64,000 nt of DNA. Source: Acidobacteriota bacterium. Lineage in GTDB: Bacteria > Acidobacteriota > Thermoanaerobaculia > Multivoradales > Multivoraceae. The stretch spans positions 354,889 to 418,888 of the forward strand of contig JAPPFP010000009.1 in assembly GCA_028877275.1 (NCBI GenBank). The letters run 5' to 3'. Made by a program: the position numbers and the translations under genes. Every line of letters begins with the position of its first letter. Positions within the stretch are counted from its first letter, which is position 1. The notes under the pieces were generated by a model. It was not told the DNA's origin, did no database searches, and saw only the letters and a list, made by a program, of their open reading frames with translations. Shown piece by piece: positions 53,415 to 62,956 of this stretch.

Positions 53415-54314
53415 TCAGCTCAGGATGGGATAGCCGCTGACGGCGGTCAGCTTGCGGAACAGGCCCTGCAGCCGCTCGAGCACGGGCCGGTCGGTGCCGC
53501 CGATCGGACGGCCGTCCACCTCCGCGACGGCCACCAGTTCGCCCATCGTGCCGGTACAGAAGGCCTCGTCGGCACGGTAGAGCTCGGCCTGCGTGAAGTC
53601 GGCGACTTCATGAGGGATGCCGTGGTTTCGGCAGAGTTCGAGCACGGTCGAGCGGGTGACGCCCTCGGGACAGGCGTGGCAATGGCTGGTCACCACGACT
53701 CCGTCGCGCACCAGGAAGACGTGGGTCGCGTTCGTTTCCGCCACGAAGCCCTGGCGGTCGAGCATCAGGGCGTCGTCGGCGCCGGCGGCGTTCGCCTCGA
53801 TCTTGGCCAGGATCGACTGGATCAGGTTGTTGTGGTGGATCTTCGGATCCATGCAGTCGGGCGGAAAGCGGCGGATCGAGGAGGTCATCAGCCGGATGGG
53901 TTGTGAGCCGTAGACCGGCGCCTTGTGCTCGGCGAGGACGATCAGGGTGGGTCCGGCGGTGTTGAGGCGGGGGTCCATGCCGGACGTGATCTTGACGCCC
54001 CGGGTCAGGGTCAGGCGGATGTGGACATCGTCCCGCATCCCGTTCGCCTCCAGGGTGCGGCGGATCTCGTCGATGATCTCCTCGTGCTGCGGGATCTCCG
54101 CGAAGGCCAGAGCCAGCGCCGAGTGGCGGAGGCGGTCCAGGTGCTGCTCGAGCCTGAAGATGCGGCCGTCGTACAGGCGCAGCCCCTCCCAGACGGCGTC
54201 GCCGCCCTGGACGGCCGAATCGAAGGGGCTGATGCCCGCCTGGTCGCGGTGGATCAGGTCGCCGTTGATGTTGATCAGCAGGTCGCGGTTTCTGGGGTTG
54301 GCCTTCTGCAGCAT
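53415..54314 (-). CDS. Class IV (branched-chain / D-amino-acid) aminotransferase
   Basis: Start at MLQKANPRNRDLLININGDL. Fold-type-IV blocks HVFLVRDGVVVT, EAFCTGTMGELV. The ORF-track 5' extension is rejected. Confidence 0.8.
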   Translation of the reverse strand: MLQKANPRNRDLLININGDLIHRDQAGISPFDSAVQGGDAVWEGLRLYDGRIFRLEQHLDRLRHSALALAFAEIPQHEEIIDEIRRTLEANGMRDDVHIRLTLTRGVKITSGMDPRLNTAGPTLIVLAEHKAPVYGSQPIRLMTSSIRRFPPDCMDPKIHHNNLIQSILAKIEANAAGADDALMLDRQGFVAETNATHVFLVRDGVVVTSHCHACPEGVTRSTVLELCRNHGIPHEVADFTQAELYRADEAFCTGTMGELVAVAEVDGRPIGGTDRPVLERLQGLFRKLTAVSGYPILS

Positions 54315-54367
54315 GACGGGTTCGCTGGCGGCTGGGGCGGGCGGTCTCTCGGTTCGGAAGACGAGGC

Positions 54368-55111
54368 TCAGAAGAGGAGACGATGCGCGGCGAGGTGATC
54401 GTAGTGCTCCTGGCACTCCTCGAGCACGTCGGCAAGGAACTCCGGAACCGGCTCGTTCTTGGGCCGGTAGGGCGCGAAGCCCGTGCTCTTCTCGACCGCA
54501 CCGTACCAGTGCGGCGCCCAGATGCCGTCCGTCTCGCGGCGGCCGGACGGCCAGTGCAGCATCGCTTCGTCGAACTCGGCTCCGACCGCGCGGCAGAGAC
54601 TCTCGAGGCCCGCTCGGGGGTCCCGCAGCACGTCGGCCGAGTCGATGACCGCCGGAGCCTGGCCGAGCCGCTCGCACTCCAGGTCGAAGAGCTCCCGCTG
54701 CTGGGGCAGGCCGGTATCGGGCAGCCCGGGTTGCGGGAGGATGTGGATCAGGGACGTCAGCATCTCCGCCGGGTCGCGGATCAGGAAGACGTTCGTGAGC
54801 TTCGCCACCCAGGACCGGTCCGTTTCCGGCAGCAGGTGGTGCGCCATGTGCTTCTGGTAGAAGACCGTCCGGCCAAAGGAGGTGTCCTCCGTCAACCAGT
54901 GGACGACCTGCCGCAGGTCACTGTCATGGTGGGCGAGGATCTCGTCCCGGCCAGGGTGGTCGAGCCCGTGCTGGAGCAGGTAGTTGGCGTAGAGCGGCTC
55001 ATCGCACACGAAGGTGTCGTCGCGGTTCCCCCAGGCCCGGAGCATCGCGGTCGAGATGTTCCGGGGGCCGGACCACATCGCGATCCTCAGCACCTGTCGT
55101 TCGCCTGGCAC
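54368..55111 (-). CDS. PAPS-type sulfotransferase family protein
   Basis: N-terminal IAMWSGPRNISTA resembles the 5'-phosphosulfate-binding loop of cytosolic-type sulfotransferases. Confidence 0.6.
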   Translation of the reverse strand: MPGERQVLRIAMWSGPRNISTAMLRAWGNRDDTFVCDEPLYANYLLQHGLDHPGRDEILAHHDSDLRQVVHWLTEDTSFGRTVFYQKHMAHHLLPETDRSWVAKLTNVFLIRDPAEMLTSLIHILPQPGLPDTGLPQQRELFDLECERLGQAPAVIDSADVLRDPRAGLESLCRAVGAEFDEAMLHWPSGRRETDGIWAPHWYGAVEKSTGFAPYRPKNEPVPEFLADVLEECQEHYDHLAAHRLLF

Positions 55112-55118
55112 TTCGTTG

Positions 55119-55964
55119 TTACGAAGGCGCCGCCGCGGTCGCTTCGCCGGCCGTTCCGTACCCGGCTCGCATCCGGGCGAACAGGGCGGTCATGTCGTCG
55201 TGGGTGGCCTCGGTCAGGAAGCGCTGGGTCCACATGATCCTCGGCGCTGCCGACACGTTCGGAGCGGGTGAGTGCAGCAGACGCATGTCGATCAGGTAGA
55301 CGTCCCCGCGCCGCCCCGTCAGCTCGACGACGCGAAGGTCGGCGTCGCCGCAGCGCACGGTCTCGCGCAGGAACCGGCCGCGGTGCTTCACCTGCTTCGA
55401 CATGAGTTCCCGGAAGTAGCGCTCCCGGCGAAGGCGTTCCGTGATCTGCCGGGAACCGAGCCACGGAATGTCGTACAGGAGCCGGTGGCCGCCCTGGACG
55501 ACGACCGTGCCGCCGCTGCCCGGCTCGACCGTGTCGAGCATCGCGAACGCCTGCACGCCTGGAGTGGTCCGGCGATTGGGCAGTTTCGGCAGGTCGACGT
55601 GCCAGGTGGTCTCGGGCAGGGACCAGGCGCCCGGTTGCGGAAACGAGAAGAGGAGTTGCGGCCACTTCATCATCGGCCTGGCCGGGCCGCCAGCCGCCGC
55701 CTCGACCGCGGCCTCGAGGCCCGGTGTGACCAGATCGGCGAGCACGCAGGCGTGTCGGATTCCCTCGAGCAGCCGCTTGTTGTGGCGCTGGAGAGGCTCG
55801 TCGGTCAGTTGGTCCAGTAGCCAGACGCCGTTCCGGCGCACCCCTGCCTGCTCCGACTTCTCGTAGACGAGTCTCAGCGCGCGGCTGGTCAGCTCGTCCG
55901 GGAGCAGCCCGGGCAACTTGACCAGTCCGGCGGCCTCGAATCGTTCGCGGGCGGTCCGGTTCAT
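55119..55964 (-). CDS. Phytanoyl-CoA dioxygenase (PhyH) family Fe(II)/2-oxoglutarate oxygenase
   Basis: Start chosen at MNRTARERFEAAGLVKLPGLL (typical PhyH N-terminus). WHVD (H-x-D) and a distal His region. Confidence 0.7.
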   Translation of the reverse strand: MNRTARERFEAAGLVKLPGLLPDELTSRALRLVYEKSEQAGVRRNGVWLLDQLTDEPLQRHNKRLLEGIRHACVLADLVTPGLEAAVEAAAGGPARPMMKWPQLLFSFPQPGAWSLPETTWHVDLPKLPNRRTTPGVQAFAMLDTVEPGSGGTVVVQGGHRLLYDIPWLGSRQITERLRRERYFRELMSKQVKHRGRFLRETVRCGDADLRVVELTGRRGDVYLIDMRLLHSPAPNVSAAPRIMWTQRFLTEATHDDMTALFARMRAGYGTAGEATAAAPS

Positions 55965-56015
55965 TGCGTCCCTCGGGACAAGCATACGGCGTTCACCCGG
56001 TGATAGCTTGCGCCG

Positions 56016-57182
56016 ATGAGTCGGCGGGCCGAGTTCGAGGCTGAGCACCCGGAAGTTCACGTCCTGTCGGCCGACCAGGCGGGGCGAGTGGACCTGGTGA
56101 TGGGCGCGGTCGGGTGGTTAGGTGACGAGGAGCAGGTCACGACCTGTGCCTCCCTGGGCGGCGAGTCGAGCACCGTGATGCGGGTCGAACTCCAGGAACT
56201 GCGCGGAGGGTGGCGTACCGCGGTTCTGAAGCAGTCGCTTCCCTGGCTGCGGCGAGACGAGTCGATCGCCATGCCGACCGGCCGCTGGAGCGGCGAGCGC
56301 GCCTTCTATGCGGAGGTAGCCCGTGTGCCCGAGGTCGCGGCCCGCATGCCGCGCCTGATGGCGGCCAACGAAGCGAGGTTCCTGTTGCTGCTCGAGGACT
56401 TTCGCGGCGCTCCGAATCTCGTGTCGCTCTACCGGGGCGGTTCGCTGGCCGATCAGGCCGCGAGTGCTCTGGGCGCGTTCCTTGGGGCGCTTCGCCGCGG
56501 GACGCGCGGCCAGGAGGAGCCGGACCGTGCGAACACCGGCATGAAGGCTCTGAACCATCGGCTCCTGTTCGAGGCGCCGTTCGCTTCTTCGATGGTGAGA
56601 GGCGACGGCTTCGGGCCCGACGGTCCGGCGCCGGAAAGCGCCGCCCTCGACGCAACCGAACCCGGGCTCGGCGAGGCGGCGGCGGCCCTGCGGTCGGATC
56701 GTGTCTTCGGGGAGGCCGTCTCGGAGCTGGGGAGCCGCTTTCTCGGCGCCGGCGCCTGCCTGGTTCACGGCGCGTTCCATCCCGCCAACTGGCTGGTCGC
56801 GCAGGACGGCGGCGTTCGCGTGGTAGACCCGCAGTACGGCGGCTGGGGCGATTCCGAGTTCGACATCGGCACGGGGCTCGCGCACCTGCTGCTTGCCCGG
56901 CAGCCGGCGGAGGTTGTCGCGGCGTTCCTGGCGGCGGCCGTCGGCTTGGAGGAGGCCGGTGGAGAAGAGCCGGGGGACGCCGAAGGCGGGGAACCCGGCG
57001 TCGACCGACCACTCGTGGCCCGGTACGCGGGAGTCGAGATCGTCCGCCGGCTGATTGGCGGCGGCCAGCTGCCGCTCGAGGCGGCTGAACTTTCCGAGCC
57101 GGAGGCGGGTTTTCGCTGCGGTCTGCTGGAGACGGCCCGGAAGGCCGTTCTGTCGGGCCGCCTGGAGGTACTGGAAACATGA
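56016..57182 (+). CDS. Phosphotransferase-family protein (APH / choline-kinase / MTR-kinase-like fold)
   Basis: HGAFHPANWLV (Brenner-type H-x-D/N loop) followed by a D-x-E/D region. Confidence 0.55.
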   Translation: MSRRAEFEAEHPEVHVLSADQAGRVDLVMGAVGWLGDEEQVTTCASLGGESSTVMRVELQELRGGWRTAVLKQSLPWLRRDESIAMPTGRWSGERAFYAEVARVPEVAARMPRLMAANEARFLLLLEDFRGAPNLVSLYRGGSLADQAASALGAFLGALRRGTRGQEEPDRANTGMKALNHRLLFEAPFASSMVRGDGFGPDGPAPESAALDATEPGLGEAAAALRSDRVFGEAVSELGSRFLGAGACLVHGAFHPANWLVAQDGGVRVVDPQYGGWGDSEFDIGTGLAHLLLARQPAEVVAAFLAAAVGLEEAGGEEPGDAEGGEPGVDRPLVARYAGVEIVRRLIGGGQLPLEAAELSEPEAGFRCGLLETARKAVLSGRLEVLET

Positions 57183-58573
57183 AGCGCTCTCCCGTGCGCC
57201 GGCTGGTCGTTGCCCTCGGTCTGGTCACGCTCGGCGCGGCGCCCGCAATCGCCCAGGGCACGGACTTCGAGCAGGGACGGGTGCTCCACGGACCCGGCCA
57301 TGTGCTGCCGCACCGGGACCGGGTGGAGCCCTTCAACCGCATGCTCGAGGAGCGGCTGAACGAACTCCTGCCGCGGTTGATGCGCGAAACCGGGATCGAC
57401 ATGTGGCTCGTCATCAACCGCGAGTACAACGAGGATCCGGTGTTCTTCAGCCTGGTGCCGCGGCCGGTGTTCGCCGCCCGCCGGACGACGATGCTCGTGT
57501 TCTTCGACCGAGGGGCGGACAACGGTGGCATCGAACTCCTGACGGTGAACCGCTACCCGTACGGCGCGCTCTACGAGTCGGCCTGGGAGGGCGGCGACCT
57601 GGAGGAGCAGTGGCGGGGACTGGGCGAGGTGATCGCCGCCCGCGACCCGAAACGGATCGGCGTCAACGTCTCGCGTCATTGGCCCGTCGCGGACGGTCTC
57701 TCGGCGGCGCTCCACGAGCGGCTGCTGGAGGTGCTCACGCCCGAACTCAAGGAGCGGTTGACCAGCGCCGAGGAGCTGGTCGTACGCTGGATCGAGACCC
57801 GCAGTCCGCTGCAGATGGAGGCCTATCCCCAGATCGTCTCCCTGGCACGCGGCGTGATCGCGGAGGCCTTCTCGGAACGCGTGATCACCGCGGGCGCCAC
57901 GACCACGGACGATGTCGCCTGGTACATCGCCCAGCGGTTCGAGGACCTGGGGCTCGACATCTGGTTCCTGCCCTCCGTCAACGCCCAGCGCCGGGCGTCC
58001 GAAGAGGACGACGCCTGCGGTCGCGGTGAGCCCTTCTGCGGTGGCAGCGGCGAGTTCGTCATCCAGCGCGGCGACGTCCTGCACACGGACGTCGGCATCT
58101 GTTACCTCGGCCTGTGCACCGACACCCAGGAGATGGGCTACGTACTACGCCTCGGCGAGAGCGAGGCGCCGGTCGAGCTCCAGGGCGCACTGGCCGCCGG
58201 CAACCGCTGGCAGGACATCCTCACCGGCGAGTTCAGGACCGGCCGAACCGGCAACGAGATCCTGGCGGCGACGATCGCGATCGCCACCGACGAGGGTCTG
58301 CGTTCCAGTACCTACACCCACCCGCTCGGCGTGTTCGGCCACGCTCCCGGACCGACGATCGGCATGTGGGACAACCAGGGAGCGACGCCGATTCGCGGCG
58401 ACTGGCCGCTTCACCCGGACACCGCCTACGCGATCGAGGGCAACGTCAAGGTCGAACTCGAGATGTGGGGCGGCCAGGACGTCCAGATCAAGCTGGAGCA
58501 GAGCGCCGTCTACGACGGCGAGCAGGTGCTCTACCTGGCGGGCCGCCAGACCGAGTGGCACCTGGTCCGCTGA
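57179..58573 (+). CDS. Secreted M24-like (creatinase/Xaa-Pro peptidase fold) metallopeptidase
   Basis: Signal peptide, then a creatinase-N-like domain and a pita-bread C-domain with His/Glu-rich blocks. ATGA-coupled to the upstream gene. Confidence 0.55.
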   Translation: MKRSPVRRLVVALGLVTLGAAPAIAQGTDFEQGRVLHGPGHVLPHRDRVEPFNRMLEERLNELLPRLMRETGIDMWLVINREYNEDPVFFSLVPRPVFAARRTTMLVFFDRGADNGGIELLTVNRYPYGALYESAWEGGDLEEQWRGLGEVIAARDPKRIGVNVSRHWPVADGLSAALHERLLEVLTPELKERLTSAEELVVRWIETRSPLQMEAYPQIVSLARGVIAEAFSERVITAGATTTDDVAWYIAQRFEDLGLDIWFLPSVNAQRRASEEDDACGRGEPFCGGSGEFVIQRGDVLHTDVGICYLGLCTDTQEMGYVLRLGESEAPVELQGALAAGNRWQDILTGEFRTGRTGNEILAATIAIATDEGLRSSTYTHPLGVFGHAPGPTIGMWDNQGATPIRGDWPLHPDTAYAIEGNVKVELEMWGGQDVQIKLEQSAVYDGEQVLYLAGRQTEWHLVR

Positions 58574-58576
58574 CGC

Positions 58577-58867
58577 CTAGAAGATCGCGCTCAGCAGACC
58601 GAAGCCGGCGCAGACGGCGGCCACGAGACCGCCGACGACCAGCAGTACGACGCCGACGGCGATCGTCACCGGAAGGGCCACGATGGCGATCGGAATCAGG
58701 ACCGCGGCCAGCAGGGTCGCGGCGATGAAGCCGATGATCTTGAACGGCAGCAGGACCAGCTTGAAGGCGATCTTCGCGACGAACGCGACGACGGCGAAGA
58801 CGGCAAGCAGTCCGAGGGCGATCGCTCCGAGGGTCAGGATGGTCAGGACTTCCATTTCGAGTTGCAC
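58577..58867 (-). CDS. Small hydrophobic membrane protein
   Basis: 96 aa, almost entirely two or three TM helices. Confidence 0.4.
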   Translation of the reverse strand: MQLEMEVLTILTLGAIALGLLAVFAVVAFVAKIAFKLVLLPFKIIGFIAATLLAAVLIPIAIVALPVTIAVGVVLLVVGGLVAAVCAGFGLLSAIF

Positions 58868-58953
58868 TCCTCCTGCCTCAGGACTACGGAGATGAAGCGT
58901 AGAGGTTTCGCGGCGCGCTACACTGCCTGGATTCTCTGCCGCAGGGAGACGCG

Positions 58954-59982
58954 ATGAAGATGGATCGCAGACGTTTTCTGCAAACCGGCGCCGTGCTCGG
59001 CGCGGCTGCCGCTGCCGGCTGCATGGACGGCGACGCCGGGTCCGGTGACGAGGCGGCGCCGGCCGCCGAGGCCGCGGTCGAGCCCCTCTACCGCATATCC
59101 CTGGCCGAGTGGTCCTACTTCCGTGAACTCTTCGGTGAGGGTGGCCGGGAGGCGCTGAGGGAGGGCACGTTCGGGGAAGTGCTCGGCAGCGACCCTCGTT
59201 CGCTCTACGGGGGCGAGCTGGATCACCTGGACTTCCCGGCGCGCGCCCGCGGCCTGGGGATCGAGGCGGTCGAGTACGTGAACACGTTCTTCTTCGACCG
59301 CGCGCGGGATGAGGAGTACCTGGCGGATCTCAAGTCGCGCTGCGACGGGGAGGGCGTGACCAGCCTGCTGATCATGTGCGACGCGGAGGGCGATATCGGG
59401 GCTCCTGATGCGGCTGCCCGCACGCAAACGGTCGAGAACCATCACAAGTGGGTCGAGGCGGCGGCCTTTCTCGGCTGTCATTCGGTGCGCGTGAACGCGG
59501 CTAGCGCGGGGTCCTTCGAGGAGCAGCAGAAGCTGGCGGCCGACGGTCTGCGACAGTTGTGCGAGTACGCCGACGGCTACGGCATCGACGTCCTGGTCGA
59601 GAACCACGGCGGCATCTCGAGCAACGGCGAGTGGCTGGCCGGCACCCTCGCCATGGTCGATCACCCCCGCATCGGATCCCTGCCCGACTTCGGCAACTTC
59701 CGGGTTTCCTACGAACCCGAAGAGTGGTACGACAGGTACAAGGGCGTCACCGAGCTGATGCCCTTCGCCCGCGCCGTCAGCGCCAAGAGCTACGACTTCG
59801 ACGAGGCCGGCGACGAGACGACGATCGACTACGAGCAGATGATGCGGATCGTCCTCGACGCGGGCTACCGCGGCTGGGTCGGCATCGAGTTCGAGGGGCC
59901 GATGGCCGCCGACGACGGCATCGTGAGGACGAAGGAACTGCTCGAACGGCTGCGGGACGATCTCGCGCCCGAGTACGTCTGA
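58954..59982 (+). CDS. Tat-exported xylose-isomerase-like TIM-barrel protein (sugar phosphate isomerase/epimerase family)
   Basis: Twin-arginine signal MDRRRFLQTGAVLGAAAAAG. TIM-barrel metal-ligand blocks (VENHGG...). Confidence 0.8.
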   Translation: MKMDRRRFLQTGAVLGAAAAAGCMDGDAGSGDEAAPAAEAAVEPLYRISLAEWSYFRELFGEGGREALREGTFGEVLGSDPRSLYGGELDHLDFPARARGLGIEAVEYVNTFFFDRARDEEYLADLKSRCDGEGVTSLLIMCDAEGDIGAPDAAARTQTVENHHKWVEAAAFLGCHSVRVNAASAGSFEEQQKLAADGLRQLCEYADGYGIDVLVENHGGISSNGEWLAGTLAMVDHPRIGSLPDFGNFRVSYEPEEWYDRYKGVTELMPFARAVSAKSYDFDEAGDETTIDYEQMMRIVLDAGYRGWVGIEFEGPMAADDGIVRTKELLERLRDDLAPEYV

Positions 59983-59986
59983 ACTC

Positions 59987-61447
59987 CTACGCCGGAAGGC
60001 GTACGCTGGCGTCCGCGCGTGAGCCCGTTTCCGGCGCACCCTCTGCCTGGAAGACGCGCCCGGGATTGAGGATGCCCCTCGGGTCGAGAGTCCGCTTGAG
60101 CGTCCTCATGAGGGCGATCTCCGCCGGCGTTCGGCTGCGCCCCAGGTGAGCCCGCTTCTCGAAGCCGATGCCGTGTTCGGCCGACACCGAACCGCCGATC
60201 GGCTCGAGGCCTCCGTAGACGACTTCCTCGACCGCGGTGCGCGCTTCAGGAGAACCGTCGCCGACGGCGACGACGACGTGGAGGTTGCCGTCGCCCAGAT
60301 GGCCGAAGACGACGCACTGGCTCTCCGGCCAGCGCTTGGCCAGGGCCGCCTTGATCCCGGCGACGTAGCTCTCCATGTCGGCGATCCGGAGGCTGACGTC
60401 GAACGTGAAGATCGGCGCCAGGTGGTTGAGCTGTTCGACGTCGTCGCGCAGCGCCCAGATCTCGTCGCGCTCCGCTTTGGACCGGCCGAGCACCGCGTCT
60501 CCGATCAAGCCGGCTTCCATGCAGCCGCCGAGCGTCTCCTCGAACTGCGCCGCGTCCTCCTCGGGCCGCGCACCGAGCGACTCGACCAGAACGTAGTAGG
60601 GATCGCCGTGCGGAATCGGGGGCGCCGTCCTCGCCTGCGGGCCGGTGACCAGTTCGTAGAACTCGCGCCACATGACCTCGAAGGCGCTCATCGAGCCGCC
60701 GATCTCCTCTTCCAGCCGGCGCAACAGTTCGACCACTTCGGCGAAGCCCGGCACCGCCAGCAGGGCGCAGTCGTGGCTGCGGGGCCGCCGCTCCAGACGC
60801 AGGACAACGCGGGTGACGATTCCAAGGGTGCCTTCGGAACCGACGAATAGGTGTTTCAGGTCATAGCCCGCGTTGTTCTTGACCATCTTGTTCAGGCTGG
60901 AGAGCACCGTGCCGTCAGCGAGCACGGCCTCCAGGCCGAGCACCGAATCGCGAGTCATGCCATAACGAATCGTTCGGTTGCCTCCGGCGTTGGTCGCCAC
61001 GTTGCCGCCGATCGTGCAGGATCCGCGGGCGCCCAGGTCGAGCGGAAACAGCAGCCCTTCGGCCTCGGCCGCCTCCTGAATGCTCTGCAGCGCGGCGCCC
61101 GCCTGAACCGTCATCGTCCGGCCCACCGGATCGATCTCCTCGATCGTGGTCATCCGTTCCAGGGTGATGGCGACCTCAAGATCACCGGCGACGCCGCCGC
61201 CGACGAGACCGGTCAGTCCGCCCTGCGGCACCACCGGCTGGTTGGCGGCGTGACAGGCCGCCAAGGCTGCCGAGAGTTGCTCCGTGGTGCGCGGGCGAAG
61301 CACTGCCCGGGCGACGCAGGGAACGGTGCCCGAGCCGTCGCCGGCCCTCGCCGTCACCGCCTCGCCAACGAGGACGCCGTCCTCCCCGAGAGCGTGGCGG
61401 AGTTCGGCGAGTAGGGCGTCGCTGGAGCGACGTGCGTGATCGGTCAT
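59987..61447 (-). CDS. FAD-binding oxidase (GlcD / D-lactate-dehydrogenase-like)
   Basis: FAD-binding PCMH domain (VVPQGGLTGLVGG) plus a C-terminal FAD-oxidase domain. Confidence 0.85.
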   Translation of the reverse strand: MTDHARRSSDALLAELRHALGEDGVLVGEAVTARAGDGSGTVPCVARAVLRPRTTEQLSAALAACHAANQPVVPQGGLTGLVGGGVAGDLEVAITLERMTTIEEIDPVGRTMTVQAGAALQSIQEAAEAEGLLFPLDLGARGSCTIGGNVATNAGGNRTIRYGMTRDSVLGLEAVLADGTVLSSLNKMVKNNAGYDLKHLFVGSEGTLGIVTRVVLRLERRPRSHDCALLAVPGFAEVVELLRRLEEEIGGSMSAFEVMWREFYELVTGPQARTAPPIPHGDPYYVLVESLGARPEEDAAQFEETLGGCMEAGLIGDAVLGRSKAERDEIWALRDDVEQLNHLAPIFTFDVSLRIADMESYVAGIKAALAKRWPESQCVVFGHLGDGNLHVVVAVGDGSPEARTAVEEVVYGGLEPIGGSVSAEHGIGFEKRAHLGRSRTPAEIALMRTLKRTLDPRGILNPGRVFQAEGAPETGSRADASVRLPA

Positions 61448-61502
61448 GGCAGTCCAGGGGAGCGCGTGGAGCGCGGATCATAGCGAGCCCAGCGGTGCCG
61501 CT

Positions 61503-62381
61503 TCACCCCGCGACGCTGTGCTCCCGCTCCCGCAACCGGATCAGGCATTCCTGGCTTGCCGAGGCGACGAGTTCGCCGTCGCGGTTGAACACGTGGCCGC
61601 GGACGAAGCCGCGGGCGCGGGCGGCTGTCGGGCTTTCCTTGCTGAAGAGGAGCCACTCGTCGGCGCGGAAGGGGCGGTGGAACCAGAGGGCGTGGTCCAG
61701 GCTGGCGCCCTGGATGCGGTAGCCCTTCATCGACGGACCGTGCGGCTGCATCGAGACGGCCATGAAGTCCAGGTCGGACATGTAGGCGAGAAAGGAGAGG
61801 TGGACGGTGTGGTCGTCGGGCAGCTCTTCGCGGCAGCGAAGCCAGGTGTTCTTTCGCGGTTCCCTTGCCTGCCGGCCCTCGCGCGGGAGCATCTGGATTC
61901 CCTCGACCTGGCGGCTGTCGATCACTTCGAAGCGGTGGGCGAAGCGCCTGTAGGACGGGTCGTCCTTCGCCATCTTCCGGTAGATGTCCCCGTCGGAGGG
62001 GAGGTCGTCGGGCGGCGGCACGTCCGGCATGTCGGACTGGTGCTCCAGACCGCCTTCCTCGACCTGGAAGGACGAGGACATGTTGAAGATGGCCCGGCCG
62101 TGCTGGATGCCGACGACGCGGCGGGTGGTGAAGCTCCTCCCGTCGCGGATCCGGTCGACGTCGAAGAGGATCGGCCGCTCCGGGTCGCCGCGGCGCAGGA
62201 AGTAGGCGTGGATGGAGTGCAGGTGACGGTTCTCGACCGTCTTCGAGGCGGCGACGATGGCCTGGCCCAGCACCTGGCCGCCGAACACGTGGTTGCCTGG
62301 TCCGTTCTGCGCCCGGAACAGGTTCTCCTCGATCTGCTCCATCTGCAGCAGGTCGATCATCTCCTGGACGGCGCCGTTCAT
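61503..62381 (-). CDS. tesB: Acyl-CoA thioesterase II
   Basis: Double hotdog with TesB blocks (LFRAQNGPGNHVFGGQVLGQA, LSFLAYMSD). Start at MNGAVQEM, coupled (ATGA) to the upstream stop. The ORF-track 5' extension is rejected. Confidence 0.8.
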   Translation of the reverse strand: MNGAVQEMIDLLQMEQIEENLFRAQNGPGNHVFGGQVLGQAIVAASKTVENRHLHSIHAYFLRRGDPERPILFDVDRIRDGRSFTTRRVVGIQHGRAIFNMSSSFQVEEGGLEHQSDMPDVPPPDDLPSDGDIYRKMAKDDPSYRRFAHRFEVIDSRQVEGIQMLPREGRQAREPRKNTWLRCREELPDDHTVHLSFLAYMSDLDFMAVSMQPHGPSMKGYRIQGASLDHALWFHRPFRADEWLLFSKESPTAARARGFVRGHVFNRDGELVASASQECLIRLREREHSVAG

Positions 62382-62956
62382 CGGAGCGGGATGGTAACGG
62401 TACGTCGTAGCCAGTCGACGAGCTGGTCGAGGTCGGTGAACACGCGCGCGCCGGCCGCGGCCGCGGCGGTCGACTGGTCGCTGTCGCCCGGCGGCCGGTC
62501 GAAGACAGCCAGGGGACGCCCGTAGCGGAGCGACAGCTCGATCTCGCTCCAGGTGCCGGCGCTGCCCGGCAGGGCAACCACGGCGTCGGCGGAGAGGACG
62601 TTGATGTGGTTGCGCGAGAAGGGACCGGTGCCGGACGCGCCGGACAGCGGCAGGTGAGTGCGGATCACGACCTCCACCCACGGGTTGGGGTAGCCGTCGG
62701 GCGAGCCGTCGCCGTCCTGCTGGCTCGGAACGACTCCCAGGCACAGGCCCTCTCGTCCCTCGGTCTCGGCGAAGGCGCGGCTGGTGGCCGTCATCGTGCC
62801 GCGGCCGGCGCCGGTCAGCAGGTGCCAGCCGTTCCCGGCGATCGCCCGGCCCAGGGGCGCGGCCAGGTCCTCGTGGCTCTCGGCGCCCGAACCCATCACG
62901 CCGACGATGGGGCGCCGCTCGACTACTGGGACTTGCCCCGGGCGCTGATCGGCCAC
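62378..62956 (-). CDS. TIGR00725/LOG-like Rossmann-fold nucleotide-binding protein
   Basis: IVGVMGSG glycine loop, GWHLLTGAGRGTM, VVALPGSAGTWSEIELS. Proposed GTG at 62956 has GGAGG 5 nt upstream but overlaps the upstream gene by 34 nt. Alternative starts are 62899 and 62896. Confidence 0.6.
   Translation of the reverse strand: MADQRPGQVPVVERRPIVGVMGSGAESHEDLAAPLGRAIAGNGWHLLTGAGRGTMTATSRAFAETEGREGLCLGVVPSQQDGDGSPDGYPNPWVEVVIRTHLPLSGASGTGPFSRNHINVLSADAVVALPGSAGTWSEIELSLRYGRPLAVFDRPPGDSDQSTAAAAAGARVFTDLDQLVDWLRRTVTIPLR

Noticed and set aside
56137-58084. 464-aa and 439-aa minus-strand ORFs (56137..57531, 56765..58084)
   Set aside because: Antisense to the kinase-fold and M24 peptidase genes. 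Pro/Arg-rich, typical GC-artefact ORFs.
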